Assembly: GCA_041691695.1 (NCBI GenBank)
Contig: JBEPUG010000003.1
Coordinates: 7,445 to 71,444 of the forward strand
Length of the DNA stretch: 64,000 bases
From: Flavobacteriales bacterium
Lineage (GTDB): Bacteria > Bacteroidota > Bacteroidia > Flavobacteriales_F > PHOS-HE28
Direction of reading: 5' to 3'
The first letter of the stretch is position 1. The number at the start of each line of letters is the position of its first letter. Shown piece by piece: positions 54,941 through 64,000 of this stretch. The notes below the pieces were generated by a model. It had not been told where the DNA came from, did not search any database, and saw only the letters and a program-made list of their open reading frames with translations. The position numbers were made by a program, and so were the translations under genes.

Positions 54941-56893
54941 ATGCGACGCCCTTCATTCATTCCAAAGCAACTTCGAGTGCTTGCCGGTCTTATTGGGTTG
55001 GTGCTCCTGCTCGTCGGCTGGACCGCTGCCACCACCCCCATCGAAGGTCCGCACAGTCCACTCGAACTGGCCATTCTGCGCGGCCAGATCCAAGGCCTCG
55101 ATGTTCAGTTCGGCACCTACTTCGTCACCGCTGGCCGATGCTCGGGCTGCCATGGACATGATTCCTTGGGCATCGCCATGGTGGCTGCCGAGGGCCAGGA
55201 TGTGAATGTGACCGACGATTGGCGCAGCACCATGATGGGCAACAGCGGCCGTGATCCCTTCTTCGAGGCCAAGATCGAACATGAGGGATTGGTGAATCCG
55301 GCGCACAAGGAAGAGATCGAACACGGCTGCCTGAAGTGCCACGCGCCGTTGGCGGTCTTCGAGGAGAAGATGCTCGGCCATCCCGACTTCACCATGGCGA
55401 ACTACGACACCAGCAAGTTCGCCCACGATGGCGTTTCCTGCCTCTCCTGCCACATGCAGGATCCCGATTCCGCGGGCCACTTCTTTTCCGGCGACCTGCA
55501 CTTCGACAGTGCGCGCGTCTGGGGGCCATACACGGACCAGCAGATCAACCCCGCGATCATGCAATACTTCGTGGGCTATACGCCGGATCAGGGGCAGCAC
55601 ATCCTGGACGGTCGTGTCTGCGCAGGTTGCCACACGTTGATCACACAGACCGCCGACACCAGTGGCAACTTCACCGGCGGGCATTTCACCGAGCAGGCCA
55701 TGTGGCAGGAGTACAAGAACTCGGTCTACTATGGAACGCAGCAGAACTGTCGCGGCTGCCACATCCCGCGCATCCAGGACTCGGTGATCCTGGCCTCGGA
55801 ATACATCTTCCTGCCCGGCCAATCCCCTTATGGGGAACACCACCTCGCGGGTGGAAATACCTTCATGTTGAAACTGCTCAAGGACCACATCGGCACGCTT
55901 GGCATCCCGGCCACGGCCACCGAGTTCGACAGCACCATCGCCCGCACCCGCTACAACCTGAGACATGCCGTGCAATTGGAGACCGTGACGCCCGAGCGCA
56001 CGCAGGACACGGTCTTCGTGGACGTTCATCTCACCAACCTCATCGGCCACAAATTCCCCAGTGGCTATCCGAGCAGAAGAGCTTTCGTGCAGGTGATCGC
56101 GCTCACCGACAACGGCGATACGCTCTTCCAAAGCGGGCGATGGGACAGCACCTACGAGCTCTACGGGCATGACCTCGGTTACGAGCCGCACCACGACGTG
56201 ATCACAGAAGGTGATCAGGTGCAGATCTATGAGATGGTGATGGGCGACGTGAACGGTAACGTGACGACGACCCTGCATCGCGCGGCCTATCCGCTGAAGG
56301 ACAACCGTCTAGTGCCGATCGGCTTCAGCACTTCGCACCCGAGCTATGACACCACGAAGATCGCCGGGCTGGCAATTACGGACCCCGATTTCAACCATGA
56401 TGCCAACGGCGTGGAAGGCAATGGGGGCGACATCGTGCATTACCACATCGCGACGAACGGATACACCGGCCCCGTGCAGGTGAAGACGAAGGTGTATTAC
56501 CAGCCTGTGCCGCCGCTATGGAACGCGGAAATGTTCAGCTTCCATGGCGCGCGCATCGACAGCTTCCGCACCATGTACCACGATGCCGACGGCACACCCG
56601 AACTGGTGGCGGAGGATTCGCTGATGGATGTGGAGGTCGGTATCCGCGAGGCGCAGGCCATCGCACCGAAGGTGTTCCCCAATCCAACGCGCGACGGCAT
56701 CGTGCTGATCACCATGCCAGCGATCACGCGGATCATCGCCTATGATGCAGCGGGCCAGCGTGTGCCGTTGCAAGCCACACGGCGCTCGGACGGCTGGCGC
56801 TGCGTGCTGCCGGAGCGGGCCGGAGTATACCATCTGGTACTCACGACCTCCAAAGGCGACCAGCTTGTTCGCGTGGTGCGGCTCGCGCCATGA
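54941..56893 (+). CDS. Pentaheme c-type cytochrome with T9SS C-terminal sorting domain
   Basis: Five CxxCH motifs: CSGCH, CLKCH, CLSCH, CAGCH and CRGCH. N-terminal signal/TM. C-terminal ~80 aa (VFPNPTRDGIVLI...IIAYDAAGQRV...GVYHLVL) is a T9SS sorting domain. Confidence 0.8.
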   Translation: MRRPSFIPKQLRVLAGLIGLVLLLVGWTAATTPIEGPHSPLELAILRGQIQGLDVQFGTYFVTAGRCSGCHGHDSLGIAMVAAEGQDVNVTDDWRSTMMGNSGRDPFFEAKIEHEGLVNPAHKEEIEHGCLKCHAPLAVFEEKMLGHPDFTMANYDTSKFAHDGVSCLSCHMQDPDSAGHFFSGDLHFDSARVWGPYTDQQINPAIMQYFVGYTPDQGQHILDGRVCAGCHTLITQTADTSGNFTGGHFTEQAMWQEYKNSVYYGTQQNCRGCHIPRIQDSVILASEYIFLPGQSPYGEHHLAGGNTFMLKLLKDHIGTLGIPATATEFDSTIARTRYNLRHAVQLETVTPERTQDTVFVDVHLTNLIGHKFPSGYPSRRAFVQVIALTDNGDTLFQSGRWDSTYELYGHDLGYEPHHDVITEGDQVQIYEMVMGDVNGNVTTTLHRAAYPLKDNRLVPIGFSTSHPSYDTTKIAGLAITDPDFNHDANGVEGNGGDIVHYHIATNGYTGPVQVKTKVYYQPVPPLWNAEMFSFHGARIDSFRTMYHDADGTPELVAEDSLMDVEVGIREAQAIAPKVFPNPTRDGIVLITMPAITRIIAYDAAGQRVPLQATRRSDGWRCVLPERAGVYHLVLTTSKGDQLVRVVRLAP

Positions 56894-57699
56894 CGTCCAT
56901 TACGCTTGCTTCCATTCACGTTTATCCGGTGAAATCGCTCGGGGGTTTTTCGGTCCCGGAGGTGCGATTGACAGACCGAGGTCTGGAGCATGATCGCCGC
57001 TGGATGCTCATCGATCCCGATGGCCGATTCCTCTCTCAACGCGAATGCGCGCCCATGGCCTGCTTGCATTGCGCGCCACACGGAAACGGATTTCAAGTGA
57101 CCGATTCGCGGAATGGGAATTCGGTTGAGCTGCCGTGGTCCCTTGTGGATGGAACACGCATCAACGCCAAGGTCTGGGCTGATGAAGTTCAACTGATCCT
57201 CGGCGATGCATCCATGCACCGCTGGTTTACGGGGGTGCTGGAGCGCCCGCTGCGACTCGCTTTCATGCCAGATAGCACGCTCCGCAGCACGGACCAGCAC
57301 TATGCGAACGTGCCTGTGGCACTCAACGATGCCTTCCCTGCGATGATGGTCTCGCAGGGCTCTTTGGATGAGCTCAACACACGGCTGGAAACACCCGTGC
57401 CCATGGAACTCTTCCGCCCCAACTTCGTGATCGACGGAGGCAAGCCTTTCCAAGAAGATCACTGGAAGGAGATCACCATCGGCGAGACGCACTTTTCCAT
57501 CGTGAAACCCTGCGCGCGCTGCATCATTATCACCACGGACCAATGGACCGGTGAGCGCTCGCAGGAGCCCTTGCGCACCTTGGCCACCTATCGCTCTGTG
57601 GGAAGCAAAGTGCGCTTCGGCATGTATGCGACGTTTGACGAAGGAGGAACGGTGCGGGTCGGGGAAGTGGTCCGACCAGACGATCAGAAAATCAGATGA
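56890..57699 (+). CDS. MOSC-domain protein (MOSC N-terminal beta-barrel + MOSC; Moco-dependent sulfurase/reductase family)
   Basis: IHVYPVKSLGG...RRWMLID...FRPNFVI...IVKPCARC is the MOSC signature. No signal peptide. ATGA overlap with the cytochrome gene. Confidence 0.85.
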   Translation: MTSITLASIHVYPVKSLGGFSVPEVRLTDRGLEHDRRWMLIDPDGRFLSQRECAPMACLHCAPHGNGFQVTDSRNGNSVELPWSLVDGTRINAKVWADEVQLILGDASMHRWFTGVLERPLRLAFMPDSTLRSTDQHYANVPVALNDAFPAMMVSQGSLDELNTRLETPVPMELFRPNFVIDGGKPFQEDHWKEITIGETHFSIVKPCARCIIITTDQWTGERSQEPLRTLATYRSVGSKVRFGMYATFDEGGTVRVGEVVRPDDQKIR

Positions 57700-57811
57700 T
57701 CAGACAATGGAATGCCTTTGCCGCGATGGATGCTCAGTTCACTTCGTTGTCGCATTTCATCTGCGTCCATCGGTGTTCATCAGCGGTTCGTATTCCTATG
57801 TCGCCTGTGGT

Positions 57812-58816
57812 TCACTGCACCTCGGCCGTCTTTTTTTCTTCCGCCGGTGACCAGTACTGCACCTTCGTTGCGGAGGCGGGCACCGTGCGCAGGTAGTCGT
57901 AGATCGCGCCCAGGTCCTGCTCCGTCATGCCGCCGTACATCATCCAGGGCATCACCGTCTGGAAGTCCTGTGCCTTCCAATCCACCTTCGGCGCTACGTA
58001 GCTGCTGTCCGTGAATTCCTTGAACTTGCGAATGAAAGTGACCTTGTCCCACGCACCGATGCCGTTGTCGGTGTCCGGCGTGATGTTCGCCGAGCGCACT
58101 GTGGCGCCGTTCGGAAAGTGGAATTCAAAGCCACCTGCGAAGGGTTCACCCACGGCTTTGCCCTTATCCATCTTCGTGTGGCATTCCCGGCACCCACAAG
58201 CGTTGACGAGGTATGCGCCGTAATCCGGATCCGCGACCTTGGGCAGCGACATGGGATGCGCCGGTTGCGGGATGGTTTGCAGGATGATGTTCATCGGGAA
58301 GTCCGCTTTGGAATCTTCCGGATGGCTTTCAACGGAAGGCAGGGTGCGCAGGTAGGCGATGATGCTGTACACATCCTCGGTCGCCAGTTTATTGTAGTAC
58401 GGATAGGGCATCACCGGGAAGAAGGGGCGCCCGTCCTTGTCCACCCCGCTGGTGATCGCGCGGTAGACCTCCCCGTCGGACCATCCCTTCAAGTTGAATG
58501 GCGTGATGTTCTTCGAGACGAAACGGCCGGGGAAATTCATGGTCTGGTCGAACACCTCGCCACCTTTCCCAAGCGTGCCAGGTATCGGAGGCGCGGTGAG
58601 CTTGTTCCAGTCGCGGGTGCTGTGGCAGTCCATGCAGACCGTCACATGGTTGGCGAGGTATTCCCCTCGGGCCACGCGCTCCGGTGTGAGTTCCACATGC
58701 AGTTCCTTCTGCACTGGAATGTCAGGAAGTGCTTTGGTGATGTAGGTGATGCCGCCGATGATGACGAGCACGATCACGGCCAAAAGAATGCCGAGGACTT
58801 TCAGAAACTTCTTCAT
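57812..58816 (-). CDS. Membrane-anchored dihaem c-type cytochrome
   Basis: The 507-aa track ORF is trimmed to MKKFLKVLGILLAVIVLVII... (TM anchor). Two CxxCH motifs: CMDCH and CRECH. Confidence 0.75.
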   Translation of the reverse strand: MKKFLKVLGILLAVIVLVIIGGITYITKALPDIPVQKELHVELTPERVARGEYLANHVTVCMDCHSTRDWNKLTAPPIPGTLGKGGEVFDQTMNFPGRFVSKNITPFNLKGWSDGEVYRAITSGVDKDGRPFFPVMPYPYYNKLATEDVYSIIAYLRTLPSVESHPEDSKADFPMNIILQTIPQPAHPMSLPKVADPDYGAYLVNACGCRECHTKMDKGKAVGEPFAGGFEFHFPNGATVRSANITPDTDNGIGAWDKVTFIRKFKEFTDSSYVAPKVDWKAQDFQTVMPWMMYGGMTEQDLGAIYDYLRTVPASATKVQYWSPAEEKKTAEVQ

Positions 58817-58951
58817 GCAAGGGTGGTTTTGCAGGGCGAAATCTAATCCCATGACAAGCCCATGTGCAAACGGGAAAGTGCGCAGGCACCGGTTCATGTT
58901 TCCCTCCGCACCGATGGATCTGCGTTCGCAATTCTTCCCAACTTCGCCGCA

Positions 58952-61273
58952 ATGACGAAGAAGACATACGCCGAGCCCAAGCCGGAAATGATGGAGAAGG
59001 ACGTGCTGGCCACGGTCCGTGCAGCAGGGCGCAATGGCATCACCGCCCAGCAAGTGATGCTGAAATTGGGCTACCGCAAGCAGCAACGCGAGCTCCTGCA
59101 TCAGGCCTTGGAGACGCTGATCGAAACCGACAAGGTCTCCCGCGGCATCAAAGGCCGATTCCATTCCCCGGAAGCTTCCGGTGCGACGGAGGCGACGATA
59201 GACATCATCATGAGTGGCGCGGGTTATGCGCGGCTCGGTCCCGGACTGGACGACGTGTACATCCCCGAGAACGCGGTGGGCACGGCGATGCACGGCGACC
59301 GCGTAAGCATCAGCATCGGCAGCGGACGCGGCCATCGTCCCGAGGGCAAAGTGCTACAAGTGATCGAGCGCCGTCGCAAGCGCTTTGTTGGAACGATCAC
59401 CAAACGTGGTGAACAGATCCTGCTGAAGGCGGATGACCAAAAGGTGAACCGCCCATTCCTGATCGCGGCGGAAGACCTTAATGGAGCGAAGCCCGGAGAG
59501 AAGGTGATCGCGGAAATGGGCGAGTGGCGCGATCCGCGCGAGATGCCCAAAGGCAAGGTGGTGCGCATCCTCGGAAAGGCCGGTGAGAATGATGTGGAGA
59601 TGCACGCCATCCTCGCCGAGTTCGATCTGCCAGCGGAATTCCCGACCGAAGTGGAAGAAGCCGCGGAGGCCATTCCCGGCGGCATCTCCAAGGACGAGAT
59701 CGCGAAGCGCCGCGATGTGCGCGACATCATCACGCTCACCATCGACCCGGACGACGCCAAGGACCTCGACGATGCGCTCAGCATGCGCAAGCTGCCCAAC
59801 GGTCTTTGGGAAATTGGCATCCACATCGCGGATGTTAGCCACTACGTGCGTCCCGGAACGGTGATCGACACCGAGGCCGCGGCGCGCGCTACCAGCGTCT
59901 ACCTCGTGGATCGTGTGGTGCCGATGTTGCCAGAGCACCTGAGCAACAACCTTTGCTCGCTCAACGCCGATTCGGACAAGCTCAGCTTCAGCGCCATCTT
60001 CGAGATGGACGAGAAGGCGCAAGTGACCGCCGAATGGTTCGGCCGCACCATCATGCGCAGCAACAAACGCTTCGCATATGCCGGAGCGCAGGCCATCATC
60101 GACGGTGGCGACGGCGAATTCAAGGACGAGGTGCTCACCTTGTACGAACTCTCCAAGGTGCTCCGCAGGGATCGCTTGGCCAACGGTGCGCTGGAGGTCG
60201 GCGGCAACGAAGTGAAATTCAAGCTGAATGAAAAGGGCCAACCCATCGAAGTGTATGAGAAGGTGATGGGACCTGCGAACTGGCTGATCGAGGAATTCAT
60301 GCTGCTGGCGAACAAGCGTGTGGCGGCCTGGGTGAGTAACCGCAAGGGCGGCGCGCCTCCGTTCGTCTATCGCATTCACGACCTACCGGATCCCGAAAAA
60401 GTGGCGCAGTTGCGCGTGCTGGCAAAGAGCTTCGGCCACGACCTGAAGACCGATGGAAGGCCCGAGGAACTACCCAATGCCATCAACAAATTGATGCGCG
60501 AGATCAAGGGCACCGAGGAGGAGAACATCCTCAAGCAGGTCACTATCCGCACCATGAGCAAGGCCATCTACAGCACCAACAACATCGGGCACTACGGCCT
60601 CGCCTTCGACGACTACACGCACTTCACCAGCCCCATCCGCCGCTACCCGGATCTGATGGTACACCGGGCCATGGCGCACTACCTCGCCGATGGCAAGCCG
60701 TTGGACAAGAACAAGCTCGAACTGAGTTGCGTCCACAGTTCGCAGATGGAGAAGCGCGCCGCCGATGCCGAGCGCGCGAGCATCAAGTACAAGCAAGCGG
60801 AGTACATGCTGAGCCGCGTGGGCCAGACCTTCGAAGGCCTCGTCAGCGGACTTACCGCGTGGGGCATGTACGTGGAGATCACCGCCAACAAGTGCGAGGG
60901 CATGATCTCGTTGCGCGACCTGCCGGGCGACAACTATTCCTTCGATCAGGTGAACTATACCGTCACGGGGCAGCGCACAGGACGTCGCTTCCGCTTGGGC
61001 GATGTGCTGGAAGTGATGGTGCGGGGCGTGGACATGGAGAAGCGCGTGATCGACCTGTCCATCGCCGATGGCGGTGTAATGCCCGATCCCGCTGAGCGGT
61101 CACGCCGGGGGCAGTGGGATGAAACGCGCCCCTTCGCCACAGGCAGTGGTGAACGACCGCGCGACGGCTTCCGCAGCGCCAAGGGCACGAATGCCAAGAA
61201 GAACAGGAATGACGGCGGGAAGCAAGGCGGTAATCCAGGCGCGAAGAAGAAGGGCGGAAAGAAGCGGCGATAG
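58952..61273 (+). CDS. rnr: Ribonuclease R
   Basis: Cold-shock domains, RNB domain (...HYGLAFDDYTHFTSPIRRYPDLMVHR...) and S1 domain, with a Lys/Gly-rich basic C-terminal tail. Start trimmed to MTKKTYAEP.... Confidence 0.9.
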   Translation: MTKKTYAEPKPEMMEKDVLATVRAAGRNGITAQQVMLKLGYRKQQRELLHQALETLIETDKVSRGIKGRFHSPEASGATEATIDIIMSGAGYARLGPGLDDVYIPENAVGTAMHGDRVSISIGSGRGHRPEGKVLQVIERRRKRFVGTITKRGEQILLKADDQKVNRPFLIAAEDLNGAKPGEKVIAEMGEWRDPREMPKGKVVRILGKAGENDVEMHAILAEFDLPAEFPTEVEEAAEAIPGGISKDEIAKRRDVRDIITLTIDPDDAKDLDDALSMRKLPNGLWEIGIHIADVSHYVRPGTVIDTEAAARATSVYLVDRVVPMLPEHLSNNLCSLNADSDKLSFSAIFEMDEKAQVTAEWFGRTIMRSNKRFAYAGAQAIIDGGDGEFKDEVLTLYELSKVLRRDRLANGALEVGGNEVKFKLNEKGQPIEVYEKVMGPANWLIEEFMLLANKRVAAWVSNRKGGAPPFVYRIHDLPDPEKVAQLRVLAKSFGHDLKTDGRPEELPNAINKLMREIKGTEEENILKQVTIRTMSKAIYSTNNIGHYGLAFDDYTHFTSPIRRYPDLMVHRAMAHYLADGKPLDKNKLELSCVHSSQMEKRAADAERASIKYKQAEYMLSRVGQTFEGLVSGLTAWGMYVEITANKCEGMISLRDLPGDNYSFDQVNYTVTGQRTGRRFRLGDVLEVMVRGVDMEKRVIDLSIADGGVMPDPAERSRRGQWDETRPFATGSGERPRDGFRSAKGTNAKKNRNDGGKQGGNPGAKKKGGKKRR

Positions 61274-61337
61274 GCTTTTGCGAAGCGCGGGGCCGCCGCC
61301 ATGCAGGTTCAAATCCTGTAGATCCTGTAATCCTGTC
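61273..61337. repeat. Family-1 repeat copy E2 (GGCTTTTGCGAAGCGCGG ... ATCCTGTAGATCCTGTAATCCTGTC)
   Basis: GCTTTTGCGAAG matches 15086-15098. The 8-9 nt tandem ATCCTGTA tract is the reverse complement of 15150-15174. Also contains a tRNA T-arm-like GGTTCAAATCC. Confidence 0.6.
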
Positions 61338-61421
61338 TGAGCAGGAAGGTCTTGTTTGCGATCCGGCCTTTAGCCAAGACGGCCCGTACTTTTACGGCTT
61401 CCACCGCAGACCGCACCGATC

Positions 61422-62906
61422 TTGATGGCATCACCGAAGCAAGCGCTCTTCCTCACCAACACCCTCTCGCGAAAGAAGGAGGAGTTCATCCCGTTGGACC
61501 CGCAGCATGTCGGTCTTTACGTCTGCGGCCCCACGGTCTACAGCGATGTCCACCTCGGCAACGTGCGCACCTTCCTCACGTTCGACATCCTCTACCGCTG
61601 GCTGAAGTACATCGGCTACACGGTGCGCTACGTGCGCAATATCACGGATGTCGGGCACTTGGTGGATGACGTCGATGCCGGCGAGGACAAGATCGCGAAG
61701 CGCGCGCGCCTGGAGCAGTTGGAGCCGATGGAGATCGTGCAGAAGTACACCAACGGCTTTCACGATGTGATGCGGCTCTTCAACATCGAGTCGCCAAGCA
61801 TCGAGCCCACGGCGACCGCGCACCTCATCGAGCAGATCGGCATGATCGAGAGGATCATCAAGAACGGTTACGCTTATGTCGTGAATGGATCGGTATATTT
61901 CGATGTTCCGAAGTACGCGGCGAAGCACTCCTATGGCGAATTGAGTGGACGGAAGATCGAAGACCTCATCGCCAACACGCGCGACACGGAAGGGCAGGAG
62001 GAGAAGCGCAGCCCACTGGACTTCGCGCTTTGGAAGAAGGCCGAGAAGGGCCACTTGATGCATTGGCCATCACCATGGGGCGAAGGCTTTCCCGGCTGGC
62101 ACCTCGAGTGCAGCGTGATGAGCACCAAGTATCTCGGCCGCACGTTCGACATCCACGGCGGTGGCATGGATCTGAAGTTCCCGCACCACGAATGCGAGAT
62201 CGCGCAGAGCGTTGCCGCTGACGGCGAGGTGCCGGTGCGCTATTGGATGCACGGCAACATGCTTACCGTGAACGGCCGGAAGATGTCCAAGAGCGAGGGC
62301 AACGGCTTCACTCCGGAAGAACTGATCACCGGAAACCACAAGCTTTTGGAGCGCGGCTACTCACCGATGACCGTGCGCTTCTTCATGCTTCAAAGCCACT
62401 ACGCCAGCACGCTCGACTTCAGCAACGAGGCCTTGCAAGCATCGGAGAAGGGTTTCAAGAAGATGATGGCCGCCGCCAAGATCCTGGACTCATTAAAACC
62501 GACGATCGGTGCAGAGACCTTCGATGTGGATGCCTTGGAAACTGCGTGCATCGCGGCGATGAACGACGACCTGAACACGCCAGTAATGATCGCGCAGCTC
62601 TTCGACGGTGTGCGCGCCATCAACTCCGCGAACGATGGCATACTGGCCTTGGACGCGATGGCGATCGAAAAGCTGCGCACACTGTTCCACGACATGCTCA
62701 CGGATGTCCTTGGACTGAAAGGTGAAGGCGATGACCGTGCGGACAACGAACTCGGCAACGAGCTAATGACCGTGTTGCTGGGCCTGCGTGCCGATGCGAA
62801 AGCGAAGAAGGATTTCGCCGCTAGCGACCTCATCCGCGACCGCCTTGCCGCCATGGGCATCACCGTGAAGGACACCAAGGAAGGCGTGGTGTGGGAACGC
62901 AATTAA
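61422..62906 (+). CDS. cysS: Cysteine--tRNA ligase
   Basis: Class I HIGN (HLGNVRT) and KMSKS motifs are present. The track starts at a TTG at 61422; the ATG at 61425 is the likelier start. Confidence 0.9.
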   Translation: MMASPKQALFLTNTLSRKKEEFIPLDPQHVGLYVCGPTVYSDVHLGNVRTFLTFDILYRWLKYIGYTVRYVRNITDVGHLVDDVDAGEDKIAKRARLEQLEPMEIVQKYTNGFHDVMRLFNIESPSIEPTATAHLIEQIGMIERIIKNGYAYVVNGSVYFDVPKYAAKHSYGELSGRKIEDLIANTRDTEGQEEKRSPLDFALWKKAEKGHLMHWPSPWGEGFPGWHLECSVMSTKYLGRTFDIHGGGMDLKFPHHECEIAQSVAADGEVPVRYWMHGNMLTVNGRKMSKSEGNGFTPEELITGNHKLLERGYSPMTVRFFMLQSHYASTLDFSNEALQASEKGFKKMMAAAKILDSLKPTIGAETFDVDALETACIAAMNDDLNTPVMIAQLFDGVRAINSANDGILALDAMAIEKLRTLFHDMLTDVLGLKGEGDDRADNELGNELMTVLLGLRADAKAKKDFAASDLIRDRLAAMGITVKDTKEGVVWERN

Positions 62907-62941
62907 CCGTCATCGCAAGCAAAGCGAAGCGATCTTCAGCC
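62907..62941. repeat. Family-1 repeat copy G (CCGTCATCGCAAGCAAAGCGAAGCGATCTTCAGCC)
   Basis: CGTCATCGCAAG + GCGAAGCGATCT modules as at 20341 and 15054. Lies between cysS and the glutaminyl cyclase gene. Confidence 0.6.
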
Positions 62942-62942
62942 A

Positions 62943-63953
62943 ATGACACGAAACCATTTCCGTCTTTTTGCTCCTGTTCTGATCACAGTGCTTTTTGCGG
63001 CTTGCCAGCAGGAGGGATCCACCACCAGCACACCGACGGTCGAGCCGGTTCAACCACACTTGGCGCCTGCCCCGCTCTTCAACTCGGACAGTGCTTATGC
63101 CTTCGTTGCGAAGCAGGTCGCCTTCGGCCCTCGCGTACCGGGCAGTGCCGCGCACAAGGCCTGTGGCGATTGGCTCGTGGCGGAGTTGAAGAGCTACGGC
63201 GCGCGGGTGATCGAGCAGAACGCGCAGGTCACCATCTACAACGGGCAGCAGGTGCCGATGCGCAACATCATCGCCAGTTGGGAACCGGATAATAAGGAAC
63301 GCGTTCTGCTCTTCACACACTGGGATGCGCGTCCCTTTGCCGACCAAGATTCTGTGCGCAAGAACGAGCCGATCGATGCGGCAAACGACGGCGGTAGTGG
63401 GGTGGCGGTGCTACTGGAGATCGGGAGGCACCTCGCCAATGATCCACCGCACATCGGCGTGGACATCTTCCTGAATGATGTGGAGGACATGGGTGAGCCG
63501 GAAGGTGCCATGGGTGTGGACCAGAGCTCTTCCATCGACACGTGGTGCCTCGGCACGCAGTACTGGACGAAGAACCCGCACGTGCCGAACTACAAAGCGC
63601 GCTTCGGCATCCTGCTGGACATGGTGGGCTCGAAGGACGCCGTGTTCCCGCGTGAATCGTACAGCATGCAGTACGCGCCCAACGTGGTGAACAAGGTGTG
63701 GAAGGCCGCTGCGGCATCGGGCCATGGCGATCGCTTCCTCAGTGAGACGCGCAACTTCGTGGGTGCGGATGATCACGTCTTCGTGAACGAGACCATGGGC
63801 ATTCCCAGCATCGACATCATCGCTTGGGATCCCGCTACTGGTCGTTTCCCCTCGAGCTGGCACACGCATTCCGACAACATGGCGGGCATCGACAAGGAGA
63901 CCTTGCAAGCCGTGGGTGCCACGGTGACCCAAGTGGTGTGGGCGGAGAAGTAG
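62943..63953 (+). CDS. Glutaminyl-peptide cyclotransferase (M28-fold glutaminyl cyclase), lipoprotein/exported
   Basis: 336 aa. Signal ...LFAAC. M28-like Zn-site residues (HWDAR...DDGGSGVAVLLE...ED...HTHSDN) match the bacterial QC architecture. Confidence 0.75.
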   Translation: MTRNHFRLFAPVLITVLFAACQQEGSTTSTPTVEPVQPHLAPAPLFNSDSAYAFVAKQVAFGPRVPGSAAHKACGDWLVAELKSYGARVIEQNAQVTIYNGQQVPMRNIIASWEPDNKERVLLFTHWDARPFADQDSVRKNEPIDAANDGGSGVAVLLEIGRHLANDPPHIGVDIFLNDVEDMGEPEGAMGVDQSSSIDTWCLGTQYWTKNPHVPNYKARFGILLDMVGSKDAVFPRESYSMQYAPNVVNKVWKAAAASGHGDRFLSETRNFVGADDHVFVNETMGIPSIDIIAWDPATGRFPSSWHTHSDNMAGIDKETLQAVGATVTQVVWAEK

Positions 63954-64000
63954 GTCAACGATCGGAGCGGTGGTCCCAACCGCCACCGAGGAAACTGACC

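Noticed and set aside
54953-56278. 441-aa minus-strand ORF
   Set aside because: Antisense to the pentaheme cytochrome gene, whose CxxCH motifs and T9SS sorting domain make the plus-strand reading unambiguous.
61305-61325. tRNA-like T-arm GCAGG-TTCAAAT-CCTGT (GGTTCAAATCC) downstream of rnr
   Set aside because: No complementary acceptor 5' strand, D-arm or anticodon arm can be built from the roughly 35 nt available upstream (the rnr stop is at 61273). The segment is instead part of an ATCCTGTA x3 tandem repeat belonging to repeat family 1.
1-64000. Search for CRISPR arrays, rRNA/tRNA genes, IS transposases, integrases, phage or defence-system genes
   Set aside because: None found. The only repeats are the short mosaic intergenic families and the 46-bp inverted-repeat pair. 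No regularly spaced direct repeats, no DDE/tyrosine/serine recombinase motifs, and no tRNA cloverleaf could be assembled in any intergenic region.

Overview
High-GC (~60%) Bacteroidota-type chromosomal segment, densely coding on both strands with many ATGA/TGATG start-stop overlaps (translational coupling). No rRNA, tRNA, CRISPR array, transposase, integrase or phage gene is recognisable.

Gene content in order:
- LPS-type glycosyltransferases (GT4 fragment, GT2).
- A run of exported proteins carrying the type IX secretion (T9SS) C-terminal sorting domain: S8 peptidase, HSL-type esterase, FG-GAP protein, delta-60-repeat protein, SGNH hydrolase/PKD protein, and a pentaheme cytochrome c.
- A PAP2 phosphatase.
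- An OmpR/HK two-component system followed by a PepSY-like lipoprotein, a CzcCBA-type RND heavy-metal efflux system and a YncE-like beta-propeller protein.
- An MMPL transporter.
- A cupin plus FAD-monooxygenase pair.
- The bifunctional MurF-Alr fusion and tdk.
- An M28 peptidase, rsmI, a quinone oxidoreductase and DAHP synthase/chorismate mutase.
- A near-complete molybdenum cofactor (Moco) cluster (moeB-like, DUF81/TauE, moeA, mobA, moaD, moaE, moaC-mogA fusion, moaA), plus fdhD and a MOSC protein further on.
- A nitrosative-stress set (group III truncated haemoglobin, RIC/YtfE, hemerythrin).
- Housekeeping genes: yicC, gmk, nadD, rnr, cysS.
- A glutaminyl cyclase.

What the gene list does not explain:
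1. A 1.35-kb cassette sits inside the Moco cluster, bracketed by perfect 46-bp inverted repeats. It carries an apparently frameshifted exported hydrolase.
2. At least two families of short mosaic repeats are dispersed between genes.
3. Degenerate 7-nt tandem tracts (C-N-GACAA) are embedded in-frame in moaE and fdhD.
4. An operon pairs a T9SS-sorted pentaheme cytochrome c with a cytoplasmic MOSC protein.
5. Nearly every exported protein has Gln immediately after the predicted signal-peptidase site, consistent with the glutaminyl cyclase at the window end.

I found no recognisable defence or toxin system. All calls rest on reading the supplied translations and the sequence; no database search was possible.
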